From positions 95,046,001 through 95,110,000 of the forward strand of contig OZ286461.1 in the NCBI GenBank assembly GCA_965644265.1: a stretch of DNA of 64,000 nucleotides, written 5' to 3'. The translations under genes and the position numbers were made by a program. This document shows positions 1 to 14,342 of the stretch, piece after piece (within the stretch, counting starts at the first letter, position 1; every line of letters begins with the position of its first letter). The notes beneath the pieces are model-generated. The model did no database searches. It was given only the letters and a program-made list of their open reading frames with translations, and was not told the DNA's origin. This stretch comes from Glycera tridactyla (taxonomy: Eukaryota).

Positions 1-2250
1 ACTGCATGTAAATGCATTTCGCTCTTATATTTCTGGAATTACAGGACTAATTTCGACTTTAAGCATTACCAAATGGCTTGGAATGAGTTGAAATTGGGAT
101 TTGGTGAATTTTAGAATTCGAACTTAGCACGGACTTGGTAGATCGGAACTTAGACCCCGCTGCTGCTGCAGCTGTGACTTAGTGCGTTCCGGTCTATGTT
201 AGGTAGGTCATACTCACAGTGACTGGGAGGGGCAACTTGTGTTGATTTCAGATCTTGCCCCTTGCTTCCGTGAGTGGTGACTTCATCTGAATCTGTCTAT
301 AAAGACCACCTGCTCTGAATAGATTAATTTCTCTATCTTGGATTCTTAACTTAGAATTTATTCAAATTTTTGAATTTGATTTGATGAGGACTTGACTATT
401 TTTGATTTTGAAAAGCGTGCTAGCTCTTTTCATGCAGACAGTTGGACTTCAACTTTTTCGCAGTATTGCTGCTGCATCATGATCCCAGCTGACTGAGAGA
501 GGACTTGGTGTGTTCACCTTTCTAGTTCATTCCCCGTGAACTTAGCTCTCTCTGATACAGCTGATGATATTTTAATGCCTTGTTCATTGATTGATTAACT
601 TAGTTGGCTCAGTGCCTGCTCCGTTGATAATGGCTTAAGTGCATTGAGATTTCTTTTCAATGGTGATACTTGCTGATTGTCTTCTGACAATCTCTTCAAC
701 TGAATGTTGAAATATTTCGAGTAACTTGATCAATGGTAACTTGTAGTTTAAATTCTTGTGCTATTTAGTTAGTGGGGAATAAAGTGGGATCCTGCCTTCC
801 CACTATAAGAGATCTGGCAACTGCAAGTAACTAAGTGCACGCAACAAACAAATTAAAATCTTAGAGTTGTTTAAAGATACTATTTTGAATTAAAACTTTT
901 CATTATGATACTTGGACAGTTGGTAGGAGATTTTTTTCTATCTTCTTGCAGCGACCAGCACGTCTGAGATGTTGTAATCTGAAGAGGTGCGTACTCTTCA
1001 GGCCACGTTATTACCACTTCGCCCACCTGGCTTACAGATGCAGCTAATATAGACTGTAACGCCTCCTTTTGGTTGGCTGATACGATGGTGTGATCAACAC
1101 CCTAGCTCCGCTTATGAGAAGTGGGAGTTAGATATCTTATACGGTGAGATACGTTATCCGAGCAATGGATTTGGATACGCTTTCTTAGAGGAATGGATTG
1201 ATCCTCTATATGCTTCCTTCAACTGCTTTACGCGTTCCAGTGTTCGCTACAATCTAATACTAGCGGAACATGCATCATACCTCCGTGGTTCGTCATCATA
1301 CTTGCATCTAGGTGGCCACCAGTCATATTAACTTTAAAAGTTCTGTGCTTCACCATGGGTCTTTTACCCTAACTTTTCCAGTTTATATCTCGAAAGTGCA
1401 CTAACAATCTAGACATAGTGTCTTTGACTTTGTTTTGTTCCAGCTATTTATAGTGGCCACTCTTCAAGCGCTCAAGTCGTCGATGGATCAAAGAGAATAT
1501 TGACATTGGCAAAAAGGTTTGAGTTTCAAACATTGAACTCTTGGGGGAAGAACTTGTCTTTTACAATGAGGTACCTCAATTCGATCGGTCAATCATGAAT
1601 ATTCTGTGTATCTGTGTATCATGAGTTTATCTCCTCTTGTATTCACTGGTATTTATGTATTATGAATTCAACACCATTTGCCATATGTGATATTTGACTC
1701 AGATCTGAGTGGTATGAATTTAATTTATTTATTGAATTGTGGGTGTTATTGACGACAGTCAATCCGATACTGTGATATTCGATACGGTCTCATTCAATTT
1801 ATGTTCCACCATTTGCATCTATCCATGTGAACTTTACAAATTAATTATGTATCTACAACTCTATTTATGTGTCCATTATACTTTTGAACCAACATTTGAG
1901 TTCCCTGTATGAACAACGAGATGACTTCATAGATTCATGATTTCATTAGAGCTTGGTGAACGATGGGATTCAACATGTAACACTGATCATGCTTATAACA
2001 TCTTTTAGAATAACGTATAATTTTGTGAACATCATCCACAGGAGCAATGCCATTTATTTAGTTTTGGGATAAATGGGACAAATTCCCGGTTAGTCTGAAA
2101 CATTGCTTCCTGCTGTTCTTGATAATGGGGATTTAATCAGATCTAAACTTTTAGCCAAGGTTGCATCTTAAGGAAGAGGAGGGAATACTCCTACAAGCCT
2201 GTCGGATGACTGGTTCGATTCCATTGTCAGATTGGAAGGATTACAGTAGC
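1..2250. repeat. Large non-coding direct repeat, copy A (truncated by the window edge)
   Basis: Aligns colinearly with 11013-13261 from actgcatgtaaatgcatttc to gattggaaggattaca(g/a)tagc. About 95% identical at the start (7 mismatches in the first ~130 nt) and roughly 75% in the middle. No long ORF. Confidence 0.95.
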
Positions 2251-3033
2251 ATGACTCTTTACTCCCCTGTTGGAGGATTATTATGGTGCAAACCTCAAGT
2301 CATTGCGCTCATATATCATCTCTTTCATAGCAAATTCTCCATCCTAGAAAACTGGTTGATACATCTATATCCATTTAGGCCTCAAACACCATCTCTCACC
2401 TAACATAAGGTTTCTTATCCATAGCATTCATGAGGGGACTATTTTCTCAGTGAGCGCACACTGAATACATACAGTTTTGGGGCCTGCTGCTGCCATTGCT
2501 TCTGTGTGATTGCCTGCATAAAGCCTGGCAGAGCCATTCTTAAAAATCCGCTAACGTCAGAACCGTACGTGAGATCAACACTTGTTGGGCAATTTGTTGC
2601 GTCACTGTCACAGCTAAAACGAGCAGGTGATGTAGTTGAAAATAGGTGTAAAGATAGTGTTTTTACATAAGACCTTCTTCCATGGAAGATCCTTCTTGAG
2701 AGACGGGGCTCAATTTTGAGTCATTATTAATCAGATTTTCCCCTATGTTCATGATACACACAGAATGAATTACGGGAGACTGCAATGTAGTCGAACGTGG
2801 TTCACTTAGGTTGCTTGTGTGATTGGCTCGTCAGTCGTTTCCCACCCAGTCAGCATCATCCGGGATATATTGAGACGCCAGAGGATGTGCATTGATGGAA
2901 TGAATCAAAAATTCTCTACATTGGCCCTCAACAAGGATGGAATTCATTTCATCCAACTCCACAAGAAGTTACCTCTGACTATGTGACCAGTGTCAGCTAG
3001 AAATAGCTATATTGTGACGAACATGCAATCAGA

Positions 3034-3180
3034 TGGTTGGTTGTTTATGGCAACATGGGCACCAGCCTGGCTATATTGAGACGCCCGCGCGATGGACATG
3101 GGTAGGATCACTCACTGCTCCTCCTTCGGGATACCCAATGTAAGGTGAAATGAGATGAAAATCACAAATACTCAAAGTGT
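3034..3180 (-). mobile_element. Short SINE-like repeat family 1, diverged copy
   Basis: Shares ggctatattg(a/t)gacgccc...atgggtaggatc...ctcctccttc with the copies at 13914, 25434 and 27797; (GGTT)n tail on the plus strand. Confidence 0.65.
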
Positions 3181-3865
3181 AAAGACTCCATGCGATCAGC
3201 TTGATCAGTGCGATTCCTTATGAGTCAGACGGGATGTAGATACAAAGGTATCAATCGAAGACAAGATACGTATGGCAAACATGTCCATTGTGTTAGGAAG
3301 CTCTTTTCGTGATGCTTGGTTACCAGTTTGGCGACTCATGATATAATCGCAGCTGTTCTATGCGTCAATATCTGATCACAGAAACATTCCTCACTGGGTG
3401 GCAACCATATGATTGCGGCATATTCTTTCATTGGTTGATTATTCATCACATACGATACGTGGAGATGTTAATGCCAATTAACAGAATTGAAGACCCTTCA
3501 AGACGGGAAATATCATTCAGAACAGGAAGTGGTGAAGCAGGCAATGTCATTAGAGGTGAGTCAATAATTTGTCTCTTGACCACCTTGACTATATACCATG
3601 ACGCACACGCAAGGGACATACGTCTGCGGGCCATACAGACAGATGGAGCAAGTTCGGCTGGGTGTCAATCGTCGACAATTGTCACCCAGCCAAACTAGGC
3701 CCTGGTGGTACTGGTACACATCGGAGTTGGGGGGTTGACCTATTTTAGACATATCCGTCTCAGTCATTATATGCCTTCTCGAGACATAAGACCTACATCA
3801 ACCTGGCATGTATTTCAGAATTGATTCATTTTTACAGTCTTATATATGATTTTAGCTTGGATTGA

Positions 3866-4068
3866 TTTGTTTGTTTGTTTGGGTTGAATGTCCTCTCAAC
3901 CACCTTCGGTCATATCGGACTGAAAAACTGAAATTGCTCAAGAAAAGAGGCACTGCTGCCGGGGGCCGTCCCTACTCTGCGAAAGACAGCAGCGGTTCGT
4001 TTACGTGCATACAGAAAGAGACTCCTATAAACACGGGCGGCCTTTGATGTCCCAGTCGGCATGCACTG
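3866..4068 (-). mobile_element. SINE-like repeat family 2
   Basis: (GTTT)n tail followed by a ~200-bp body homologous to 16256-16451. Both copies end at cagtcggcatgcactg. Confidence 0.7.
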
Positions 4069-4522
4069 GGTTAGCATGCATACGATTCATATTTTTTCTA
4101 AATACTCCCATTCATGCAAATAATCGAATATGTCCGTTGGATCGACTTCCATGAGAAGTTGGGTCATATTCTCTGCATTGAGAAACTCCACTCAATAAAT
4201 CGAACAATATTGGCAACAGGGACGATGACGGTCACGCAGAGCAAAGACAAGACAATCCGTGATACAGGTCAGCTAATAGGCATTACAGGGACTTAGCTTA
4301 ATCTGCTCTCGGTAGCTCATCTGACACACTCAACTGTGAGTGAGCCCTGGAAATGTGGTCATCCAACATTTGCCAACCAAGCGCAGATTACCGGAAAAAC
4401 ACAAGCTACATTGGTGAAACCCCAGTCTCTGATGAAGAAACTCCATTACAGCTGAAAGCCCCGTAAGAGGATTGATCCAGAAAACGATGTGGTTTTTCTT
4501 CACCGGTCTGAACTACCGTGTT

Positions 4523-4644
4523 TTGCATCTGAGCTTAGTGAGGGCCTTGTACGGCGAAATGTAAAACAATATTATCACATTAGGTCCATGTGCGGCATTC
4601 GTGATAAAACAACTTGTCTTATCCAGCCCCAACTTCTTTCCCAC
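4523..4644. repeat. 122-bp dispersed repeat (second copy at 5966-6087)
   Basis: Near-identical ttgcatctgagcttagtgaggg...ccccaacttctttcccac at both positions. Confidence 0.85.
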
Positions 4645-6823
4645 TCAATCCCATTTTACGGGTGCATGTTATAGGCAAAGCAAAACCAAGAAATCCACAG
4701 TAAGTTTGAAGTCACTACTAAGTTGGAATTAATGAAATTCAAACAAATGAAATCGTGTGAACTGACATCATATTCATGTGGTGACATGATGAATAAGAAG
4801 TCTTCAGAGAGGCAATATGTTGCAAAATGAGATGATGAACCTCTATTTAGCGGATATTGAGGCAAACATGGTTGGCTCATCAGACAGACTCATACACATG
4901 TGAGTACAAGAGAGGAGGGTTCAACATTCAACCATACGTAGATGGTTGCAACCTACGAACTCTTATCAAACTAGCTAACAGCAGCATTCCAAGATCAGAA
5001 CCTTTCAGGATTTAAGGTGCTACGGGCAATCAAGGCAGCCAACACACATGTCTAATAGCAAACAAATTGCAATACTTAAACCAGGAAATGCATTAGGCTC
5101 TGTATTACTTTACCCATGTCTTCAATTACATGCCGCAGTCTACGATACTAGCGTCGCGTTAATAGGTGCCGTATCAACTTCTTTGATTTTTTTCCAAGCC
5201 GAACATCAAGAAATTTCACTAGAAACATGGGGAAATATCGTGAATCCATGAGAATAATCTTTTTGGGTGTGTTCCAAGAGGAAGATGGCAGCTCCCATCT
5301 TTGGTTTGGTAGTCGCCGAGCTGGGTAATGCCTGAAGAAGCTGCACGCATAAGGAAATTGTCATTGTGTACTTTCCGAAAAACTAGGACTGGTGAATCAC
5401 ATACAAGTTTCACAGCTGCTCCTTACTCGGGGCCCCTCCTCGAGTGAGCTGAACCCCTGCTCGGATGGCGCAGCCACCCGTAGCATCTCCTCTCAGCTAA
5501 CCTCCAAATCTGTGTAGAATATCAAGTGCCCATTTCCAAAAGTTCACCGAACCACCTGCACCTGATAGACTGCCCTGAACGGCACTCCCATTTCGTGCAG
5601 CACTCCCATTTCGTGCAGATCAACCGTTAGCATGCGAGGGCCATTCCCTCTAAGAGTTAAAATCATTGCTGTTGCGATCTCCCACCAGCACATCTGGTGT
5701 TGGTGCTACTAATGTGAGCACGTTGTCAGCAATGTATTTTATTTGTGTACTCATTAATGAACGTTCATGTCCTGAGGTCAACCTTCGAGCAAATGTCAAT
5801 GACATGTGATAATCTGGCATCCATGGTACCAAGATTCTCCTCACCTTGTGATATGTCTGCCCACAGATCAGTCTCGTCTATATATTCTAGTAAGGCTCCG
5901 TTCAACTGTCTTACCAGTCAGTTGAGTATAAGACCAATTCCAACCTCCTGCTGGTCTGAATATTCTTGCATCTGAGCTTAGTGAGGGCTTTGTACGGCGA
6001 CATGTAAAACCATATTATCACATTAGGTCCATGTGCGGCATTCGTGATAAAACAACTTGTCTTATCCAGCCCCAACTTCTTTCCCACATTTGAGATCTCA
6101 GTTGATATGTATTGGTTTTTAAAGTGTAGAAGAGTCTGAGCTTGGTTGACTGGCTGTTTAACGTAACATGGGCGCAGATAGACTACAGGGAAACTTGTGC
6201 TAAGTAAGAATTGTACTAATCTAAGCAACAGGTTTTTGTTCATCCCCTCGGAGTATTTTTCACTATAATTAACCTGTACTAAGCATGATCTTGCTCTAAG
6301 CACACAGTGTTTTCACTTCCCGGGGTTTGATGCTTAGGACAAGTTTGACTGTATAACGAGACACCCATTCAATGTACATGGGTATTTGGTTGGTTGTTCT
6401 GTTTCACGCCCCTTGCGAATATTTTGGGCTACATTGAGATGCCCGTGCGATGGGCGGGGAAAGGATCATTCAAAGCTCTTTCTGGGTACCCATGGGGCAC
6501 AAAAGACCAACCAACCAATTCAACCAACCATGATCTCCACTTGAATAGGACAGTGAACGTACTTGAAACGCCAGATGTTCATGAAGTAGATACACCAGGA
6601 CAGATCAATAGCTACGGGTGGAGGTGTAGGAGCAGAATCGCTGTGACACAGCTTGCAACGTGGGCATCACACACATCCGTCGACAGAGACCACATGGACT
6701 GGCGGTTAATATCAATGCAGCATAACATAGATGTAAACAAGTCCCATGGTTGTGTAACGCTGCGTTGTTTGTGTCGTTATTATCTGCCGGTCTACTACCA
6801 GTCTGGTAGTGCCCGGACGGTCA

Positions 6824-7768
6824 TGCCCCGTTTACACATACGCGGTCATTGTGCGGCACTGACACAGTTGTGCCGATCGCTGAACCTGTCGGAAGACCGC
6901 CACAAAAACTTCGTCATAAAGTGCATGGATTTCACCCGGAATCGACCTGGTGGTCTTGACACAGTTTGCATACGGTTGCTGTAAGGGCATGACAAGGTTG
7001 TGACATGGTAGTCATATGTTTTCATACGGGGACGACAAGGTTCTCGTGTGCTTCAAGGAGACACCCGGACATGACATGGGCTTGACATGATCAGGCGAGG
7101 GTGGATGGGGTGAGATACCATAACAGGGCGACCTGCGCCGGGATTGACACAGGTATCTAATGGTACTGAGAAGGGTTTGACAAGGATATGACCAGGGAGA
7201 GATTTATGATGATAAATGACAAGGACTACAAAAAGATGATGATGATGATGATGATGGTGAGAGTGATGATGTCTGTCTGTCTGTTTGTCTGTCTGCCTGT
7301 CCCACTCTTCAGGAGTACTTATATGGGGGTGGCAACGCCCACACGTCTTGAACCCTCTTAATGCCTGTGTCATATCAATGTCTCACCAGTGTCATGCCCA
7401 CAGGACCCACAGCTCACACCCTTCTTGTGTAATTTATTCACATATCTGTGATTGGCGTCATACAGGCATAGGGAGGGCATAGGGTGGGCATACACGGGCA
7501 TGAGGGAGGCATGATACATGCTCGACAAGGGACATTTGCCTGTCTCTGGTTTTTTACTACCCACTAAAAACCCAGACACAGGCAAATTGCCTGTGCGTCA
7601 GCCGTCTGTGCAGACAAGGGTATGACGTGGGTTCAGGCAGGGCATGACATGGATATGACACGGGCATGAACCAGGCATGCAGTTATTGACACAGGTATGA
7701 CAAAAACACCGAAAAATCGGTGCCCCTATCAAACCCGCGAGGCAAACCGTGTATGTGTGAACGGGGCA
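6824..7768. mobile_element. PIF/Harbinger-like MITE
   Basis: 22-bp TIRs tgccccgtttacacatacgcgg / ccgtgtatgtgtgaacggggca, a 3-bp TCA duplication on both sides, and internal (GAT)n and (GTCT)n tracts. Confidence 0.8.
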
Positions 7769-10700
7769 TCACTGAGTCCACAGTGTGTAACGGCTCAAGG
7801 TCCTCTTCGACTCCTTTCAGGTTTTATGTGATGTTTTATGAGCATTTCTCACCACGAGAACATTTCGGCTGATCACTGTCGTTTCATTTGATATCGCAGT
7901 CTGTGAAAATGTGCAATCATGTGCCGAATTTGCAGTCAGGTGCTGTCTTTGTGCCATTTGTACAAGTGAATTCGGAATTGAGTTCGTTAAGATCGATTAA
8001 TTTGACCGTGGTCGTCGGTTGAGTCATTCACACACGAGGGAGACAATTTTGATATTTCTTATACTGAGGTTTGATATTTCTTGGGCTGATAGCCATATGA
8101 TAGTGTAACGCCACGTTTTTGACGACGTGACGTTTGTTAGAATAACATGAACAATATAGGGATTTCTGGTAGCGGAATTCGCGGAATTCCTCTTTTGAGG
8201 CCCGCGGCACTAGTTTTACGCTACCGGAAGGGTATAAATTCCTTTCTACTCCAGAAGCATGAGATATTTTCACTTCTATTAGTTGAAAAATAGTTGTGAT
8301 CGTGTTAGTTTCCTAATATTAGTTGTTTCACTTATATGGTTGTTGGTGTGGCAACTAGAGTTCGAGTTACACGCGGTAGACTCGCCGTTCTCGGTGGGTG
8401 CCCAGCTTGCAGTGTTTCTGGGGTGAAACAGTGAAACTGCGATATCTCCGTGAATAATGGACGTAGGAAGGCCATATTTTTACATGATACGTATCTGAAG
8501 TAGGGCTGAAGATATCCCGAAGATGGGAAATGTATCTTATGAGGCAAAATTGTTAGTCCGAGGTATAGGCCGTTTATCGGACGGTTTTTGCCGATAGCGT
8601 TGATCACACAGTATAACGACTCCCTGAGCAGGAGGAGCTCAGAGTCGCGCAGGAGGAAAGTGATATGTAATGTACATGGAATGTACTTGTTTTCTCAGAA
8701 AATCTTCTGAAATCGATCTGTGAAAGTCTCGAGTGAATACATTCGAGGTAGCTGACTTGGGGAGTTTGACATCGCTCTTCCTGCTCCTTTTTCCCGCTCT
8801 TTGCTGGCTCTTCAGGACGGTTACATAAAAGTGTTCCAGACAGGAATTCTGGCACTTGGAAATTCTGTCCTGAAGAGTACGCACCGAAGCTGAAGGAGTC
8901 GGAAGCTGTGACCATCTAGCTTCTCCAAGAACGCTGCCTTGGACTAAGTAATGGACTCCGATACACCACAGTGAGCTCTACAACATCGAGTGAGTTTTTA
9001 TGAGATTTAGAACTGTTTTAGGATCCTTTTAGGAGGCTTTATTAGGAGTCATTATCCCTATTTGCCCCAATGGCCATTTTTAGTATCATGCCATTTCATG
9101 TCATCGGATCTTCCATGTTTTGTGTTGAATGTACTGTATTTCGAGCATACGTGGTCAAAAATCTAGAATTTGCATGTTTTGGATGTTTTTGGATCATCTT
9201 GGATGATAGGATTTTGTTCCATTAATGCCGTCCTGATCCAAAACGATTAGCTGATAATTCTCGTAAATATCGGTAGTTCTAGCTGTTTCTGTTAATTCCC
9301 TGTGCTGTTCCGGTGAATTTGGAACAAGTGTAACTGCGTGGAACTAGGCCGTGTTCCTCCAGTATTGTTCCCGGTCCAGTATGCCAGTATGGGTGGAACA
9401 GGGCTATGCAGGAATTTGTGAAATTGTATTTAAGCTTGGACTCACTGAATCCTCCGGGTGAGAGAAGCTGTGTGTATGAACTGCTAACACGTCTCAATAT
9501 AGCTCCTACGAATCAGTTTCAGATCATTAAGTAATACATCGGATTTCTGTGTGAATGAGGTGATTGAATCATTCAAAATTCAATTATATTCACGGGATTT
9601 CCCTATATGAATAAGTATATGAAAGGAATATTTCTGTAAGATCATTTTCAGTTGTAATAACGACAGAGACAACTGGTTATTTTCTCTCTAAATCTGTGTG
9701 TTTATAGACCCGGCAACTTTACCAGTCCATGTGGGCTGAGTTGAAATGAACATGTCTATCTCGGTATGACAATGGCAGCTCGCTGTTATGTGTACTAACC
9801 AGGTCACCGCTTAGGTGAACTTTGCTGCTGGTTGCGTAAATAGCACACACAGCTGATCTGTTTTCTTTAGCTTCCCTGATCATATGGATAGAGATCCAGT
9901 CAATCTTTTCTTTTTCAAGTGAAATTCTTTATTGAAAATCGTATTTTCATTGAAACGGCTTGTTTAGAGAAGGTAATAATCTAACGTCGTTCATATGGTG
10001 TGAAAATCTGGAATTCTTTAACGGTTAACCGATCGATTAATAGATTAATTGACCGATCAAATATGCTTCAATTTCAGTTTTCTGAATCTATTTCGGCTTG
10101 AAAAGCTTGTTTGTTTAACGATCAAATGCTAGCTTGATGGTATTTCAATTTCCATGACCACAACTGTCGTATTTGTCAATTGAAGATCCGGTGGTATGTT
10201 TTTGGTGCTCGTACTTGTAATAGACACGTAGGGGAGACGACAAACCGAGGCTTGTTTTGTTTACACGTAGTGCCTGCTTGTGATTCATGTGCCCGGCCTG
10301 AATTTAGACTTTTTCGGAGGAGGTCCACTCTGATAAGCTTGATTTTTGTCCTAAGCGCTGTATATCCTAAGCACGGACCCCTCCTAAGCTTGCTTAGTCT
10401 CGTGTCATGTCTTTAAGTCCCGTGACCCACTTTTCGAGTGAAACCTCCGTATTGAGACCAACCTGTCACATGTGACCACTTTGAGATTTTCGGTCTATAT
10501 GATCGGTGACATCACGTTGGGCTGTATTTTCGAAGGAAAATTCTTTTGGAATGATTTTAGACCTTCAAACTGCTGTATTTGTAATTGTTTTGCTTCCGTA
10601 ATGAATAAGCTGATAAGCGCTTTCATTTGAGCTCCGAAATACTTTCTGAGCGTTCTGGAATGAACAGCTGTTTCTGACTGATCGGTCAGATGTAAACAAT

Positions 10701-11012
10701 CCGCCATTTTGGATTTCCATCTGCCACATGTATGAGCCTCACTTTGAGCTTCCGATCCACTTTACACTTTTCAACAAGTTTGAAACTTTTTCACTTTTGA
10801 TAAAAGCTTTCAGCTGCCTTAGAATTGATCGGAATTGTTTCTCGTTATGTGCGGATTGCTTTTGTGGAACTTCAGTGTGCTGGCTTTAACGCTATTTGTG
10901 ATTTGACAGCGCGAACTTAGCGCGTTGACTGAAACTTAGCACGGTGCTTACCGGACTTACTCATGGTCTTACCCCGTAAGCACATTTGTGTTTGTGGTTT
11001 GTGACATATGGA

Positions 11013-13261
11013 ACTGCATGTAAATGCATTTCGCTCTTATATTTCTGGAATTACATAACTAATTTCAACTTTAGGCATTACCGAATGGCTTGAAATGAGT
11101 TGAAATTGGGATTTGGTGAATTTTAGAATTTGAACTTAGCACGGACTTGGTAGATCGGAACTTAGACCCCGCTGCTGCTGCAGCTGTGACTTAGTGCGTT
11201 CCGGTCTATGTTAGGTAGGTCATACTCACAGTGACAGGGAGGGGAAACTTGTGTTGATTTCAGATCTTGCCCCTTGCTTCGGTGAGTGGTGAATCTGTCT
11301 ATAAAGACCACCTGCTCTGAATAGATTAATTTCTCTATCATGGATTCTAAACTTAGAATTTATTCAAATTTTTGAATTTGATTTGATGAGAACTTGACTA
11401 TTTTTGATTTTGAAAAGCGTGCTTGCTCTTTTCATGCAGACAGTTGGACTTCAACTTTTTCGCTGTATTACTGCTGCATCATGATCCCAGCTGACTGAGA
11501 GAGGACTTGTTGTGTTCACCTTTCTAGTTCATTCCCCGTGAACTTAGCTCTCTCTGATACAGCTGATGATATGTTAATGCCTTGTTCATTGATTAATTAA
11601 CTTAGTTGGCTCAGTGCCTGCTCCGTTGATAATGGCTTAAGTGCATTGAGATTTCTTTTCAACGGTGATACTTGCTGATTGTCTTTTGACAATCTCTTCA
11701 ACTGATTGTTGAAATATTTTGAGTAATTTGATCAATGAAAACTTGTCACTTAAATTCTTGCGCTATTTAGTTAGTGGGGAATAAAGTGGGATCCTGCCTT
11801 CCCACTATAATAGATCTGGCAACTGCAAGTAACTAAGTGCACGCAACAAACAAATTAAAATCTTAGAGTTGTTTAAAGATACTATTTTGAATTGAAACTT
11901 TTCTTTATGATACTTGGACAGTTGGTAGGAGACTTTTTCTATCTTCTTGCAGCGACCAGCACGTCTGAGATGTCATAAACTGAAGAGGTGCGTACTCTTC
12001 AGGCCACGTTATTACCACTTCGCCATCCCGGCTTACGGAAGCAGCTGATATAGGCTGTTATGCCTAATTTCTGCTAGCTGCAATGATAGTGTGTTCGGCA
12101 CACTAGCTCCACCTGTGATGCGTGGGAGTTAGTTACCCGATACGGTGAGATTCGTCTATCCATCACTATGGAATAGGATACGTTTCACTAGAGGAATGGA
12201 ATACTCCTCTATACATCATACTCCAACTACTTTACACGTTCCTGTGCTCGCTACAATCTAATACTAGCTGAACATGCAGTATACCTCCGTGGTTCGTCTT
12301 CACACTTGCTCCTAGGTGGCCACCAATTATATTAACTTTAAAAGTTTGATGCTTCATCGTGGGTCTTTTACCCTAAACTTTCGAGTTATTATATCAAAAG
12401 TGTACTAACTATCTAGACACAGTGTCTTTGACTTTGTTTTGTTTCCAGCTATCAATAGTGGCCACTCATCGAGCGCTCAAGTCATCGTTGGAACAAGAGA
12501 TATATATTGCATACAGTAAGGTTTGAATTCAAACATAGACTCTTGGGGGAATGTAATTGTTATATACAATGAGGTACCTCACATTGGTCGATCAATCATG
12601 AATATCCTGTGTATTTGTGTATCATGAGTTTATCTCTTCTGGTATTCACTGGTATTTATGTATTATGAATTCAACTCCATTTGTTGTATGTGATATCTGA
12701 TTCAGATCTGAATGGTACGAATTGAATTTATTTATTGAATTGTGGGTATTATTGACAATTGTCAAATTTGATACTGTGATATTCGATATTGCTTCATTCA
12801 ATTTATGATCTACCATTTACATATATTTATGTGAACATTTACAAATTAAAATATGTATCTACAACTCTATTTCTGTGTCCATTATACTTTTGAACCATCA
12901 ATTGAGTTCCCTGTATGAACGATGAGATGACTTTATAGATTCATGATTTCATTAGAGCTTGGTGAACGATGGGATTCAACATGTAACACTGATCACGCTT
13001 ATAACATCTTTTAGAATAACGTATAATTTTGTGAGCATCATCCACAGGAGCAATGCCATTTATTTAGTTTTTGGGATAAATGAATGGGACAAATTCCCAG
13101 TTAGTCTGAAACATTGCTTCCTGCTGTTCTTGATAATGGGAATTCAATCAGATCTAAACTTTTAGCCAAGGTTGCATCTTAGGGAAGAGGAGGGAATACT
13201 CCTACAAGCCTGTCGGATGACTGGTTCGATTCCATTGTCAGATTGGAAGGATTACAATAGC
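11013..13261. repeat. Large non-coding direct repeat, copy B; the element may extend left to ~7786
   Basis: Same alignment as copy A. The left limit cannot be fixed because copy A runs off the window. TGTAA at 7786 and TTACA at 13252-13256 are candidate termini. Confidence 0.9.
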
Positions 13262-13913
13262 CAAAATAGTCAAATTTGCATCTCATTATTTTGCAGAAGT
13301 GTATAATGCTTCAAGGTCATCAAATGGTTTGTGAATTAGGAACAAAGGGGAGGCATAGGCAACCCTGGATAGTGACTTTAATTAGGTGGCAATTGGCTTG
13401 CCGTACTTCCATTGTCTAATATGGCCGCTGGGTAAGGCGATGGACATATTGATATCAGTCATTAACATTTCAGTCTGTCTATTCAACGAATCCAGGTACT
13501 GACCTCACAACATAACTTTGCTAGTTTCTCTCATCGCCTAACATCATTTGAAACTTCACTTGTTTTATTGATTGAATAAATTAGAATCATGATACAGCAT
13601 TCTTCCTGTTGGATTGATGAAGAAATATGCATTTTGGAACTTTGTAGTTCAAAATCGCTGTTTGAAGACAGACTGCCGTGAAATCTTTCAATTAGTCTTC
13701 ACAGAAGGTGGGCATTCATGAAATTCACAGAAACTCAAGGTGTCATTTCTCCTGAACTATTATCTGTTAATTATATCACAATTTTGTATAGTGAAGACGA
13801 TTTATGGCAGTCTCAGCCAATGCCATTGACCTGATGGGGTGAGAGGTTAGGTCACAGAGAGGGTCACAACAGAAGCAGTAACGCCATGTGTTGCGAGAGC
13901 ATGTGGGTGGCGA

Positions 13914-14079
13914 TGTTTGTTTGTTTTGTTGGGGGTTTAACGTCACGTCAGCTCCATCTGGGCTATATTGTGACGCCCACGCAATGGGCATGGGTGGGAT
14001 CATTCAACACTCCTCCTTCTGGATCCCCAACAGAAGGCGAAGCTTTATGAAATTCACAGACACTTAAGGTGTCATTTCT
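13914..14079 (-). mobile_element. Short SINE-like repeat family 1
   Basis: Homologous to 25434-25597 and 27797-27960; (TTTG)n tail on the plus strand. Confidence 0.75.
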
Positions 14080-14342
14080 GTTATTAAAAATGTTGACCAT
14101 GGTGTCACCATGTGAACATGTAGGGATTCATTCACATAGCTTCCACAAATAGTCTGTTCAACGGGAGTTGAGACCTCATCTGACAGCTACTCTTGTGTCT
14201 GGCGGATGGGAAGCCCCTCCTCCCAGGCCTCAACTCCCGTTGAATAGACATTAGGTCAGTTATTTTAGGCCATTGTGTTACACAGCGAACATGGCCTCCA
14301 CTTGGCCGGTTGGGGATGTACTCCATAGGATCTGTGTGTGGA

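Noticed and set aside
4420-4480. CTGATGA...GAAA resembling a minimal hammerhead ribozyme
   Set aside because: Only a 2-bp stem II is possible, and no stem I or stem III partner could be found.
5048-5251. IAILKPGN resembles an RTE-type RT motif
   Set aside because: The downstream YRPISLL-type motifs are not recognisable, so support is too thin.
6394-6984. 196-aa ORF
   Set aside because: It runs across a SINE fragment and into a MITE, so it is a chance chimeric frame.
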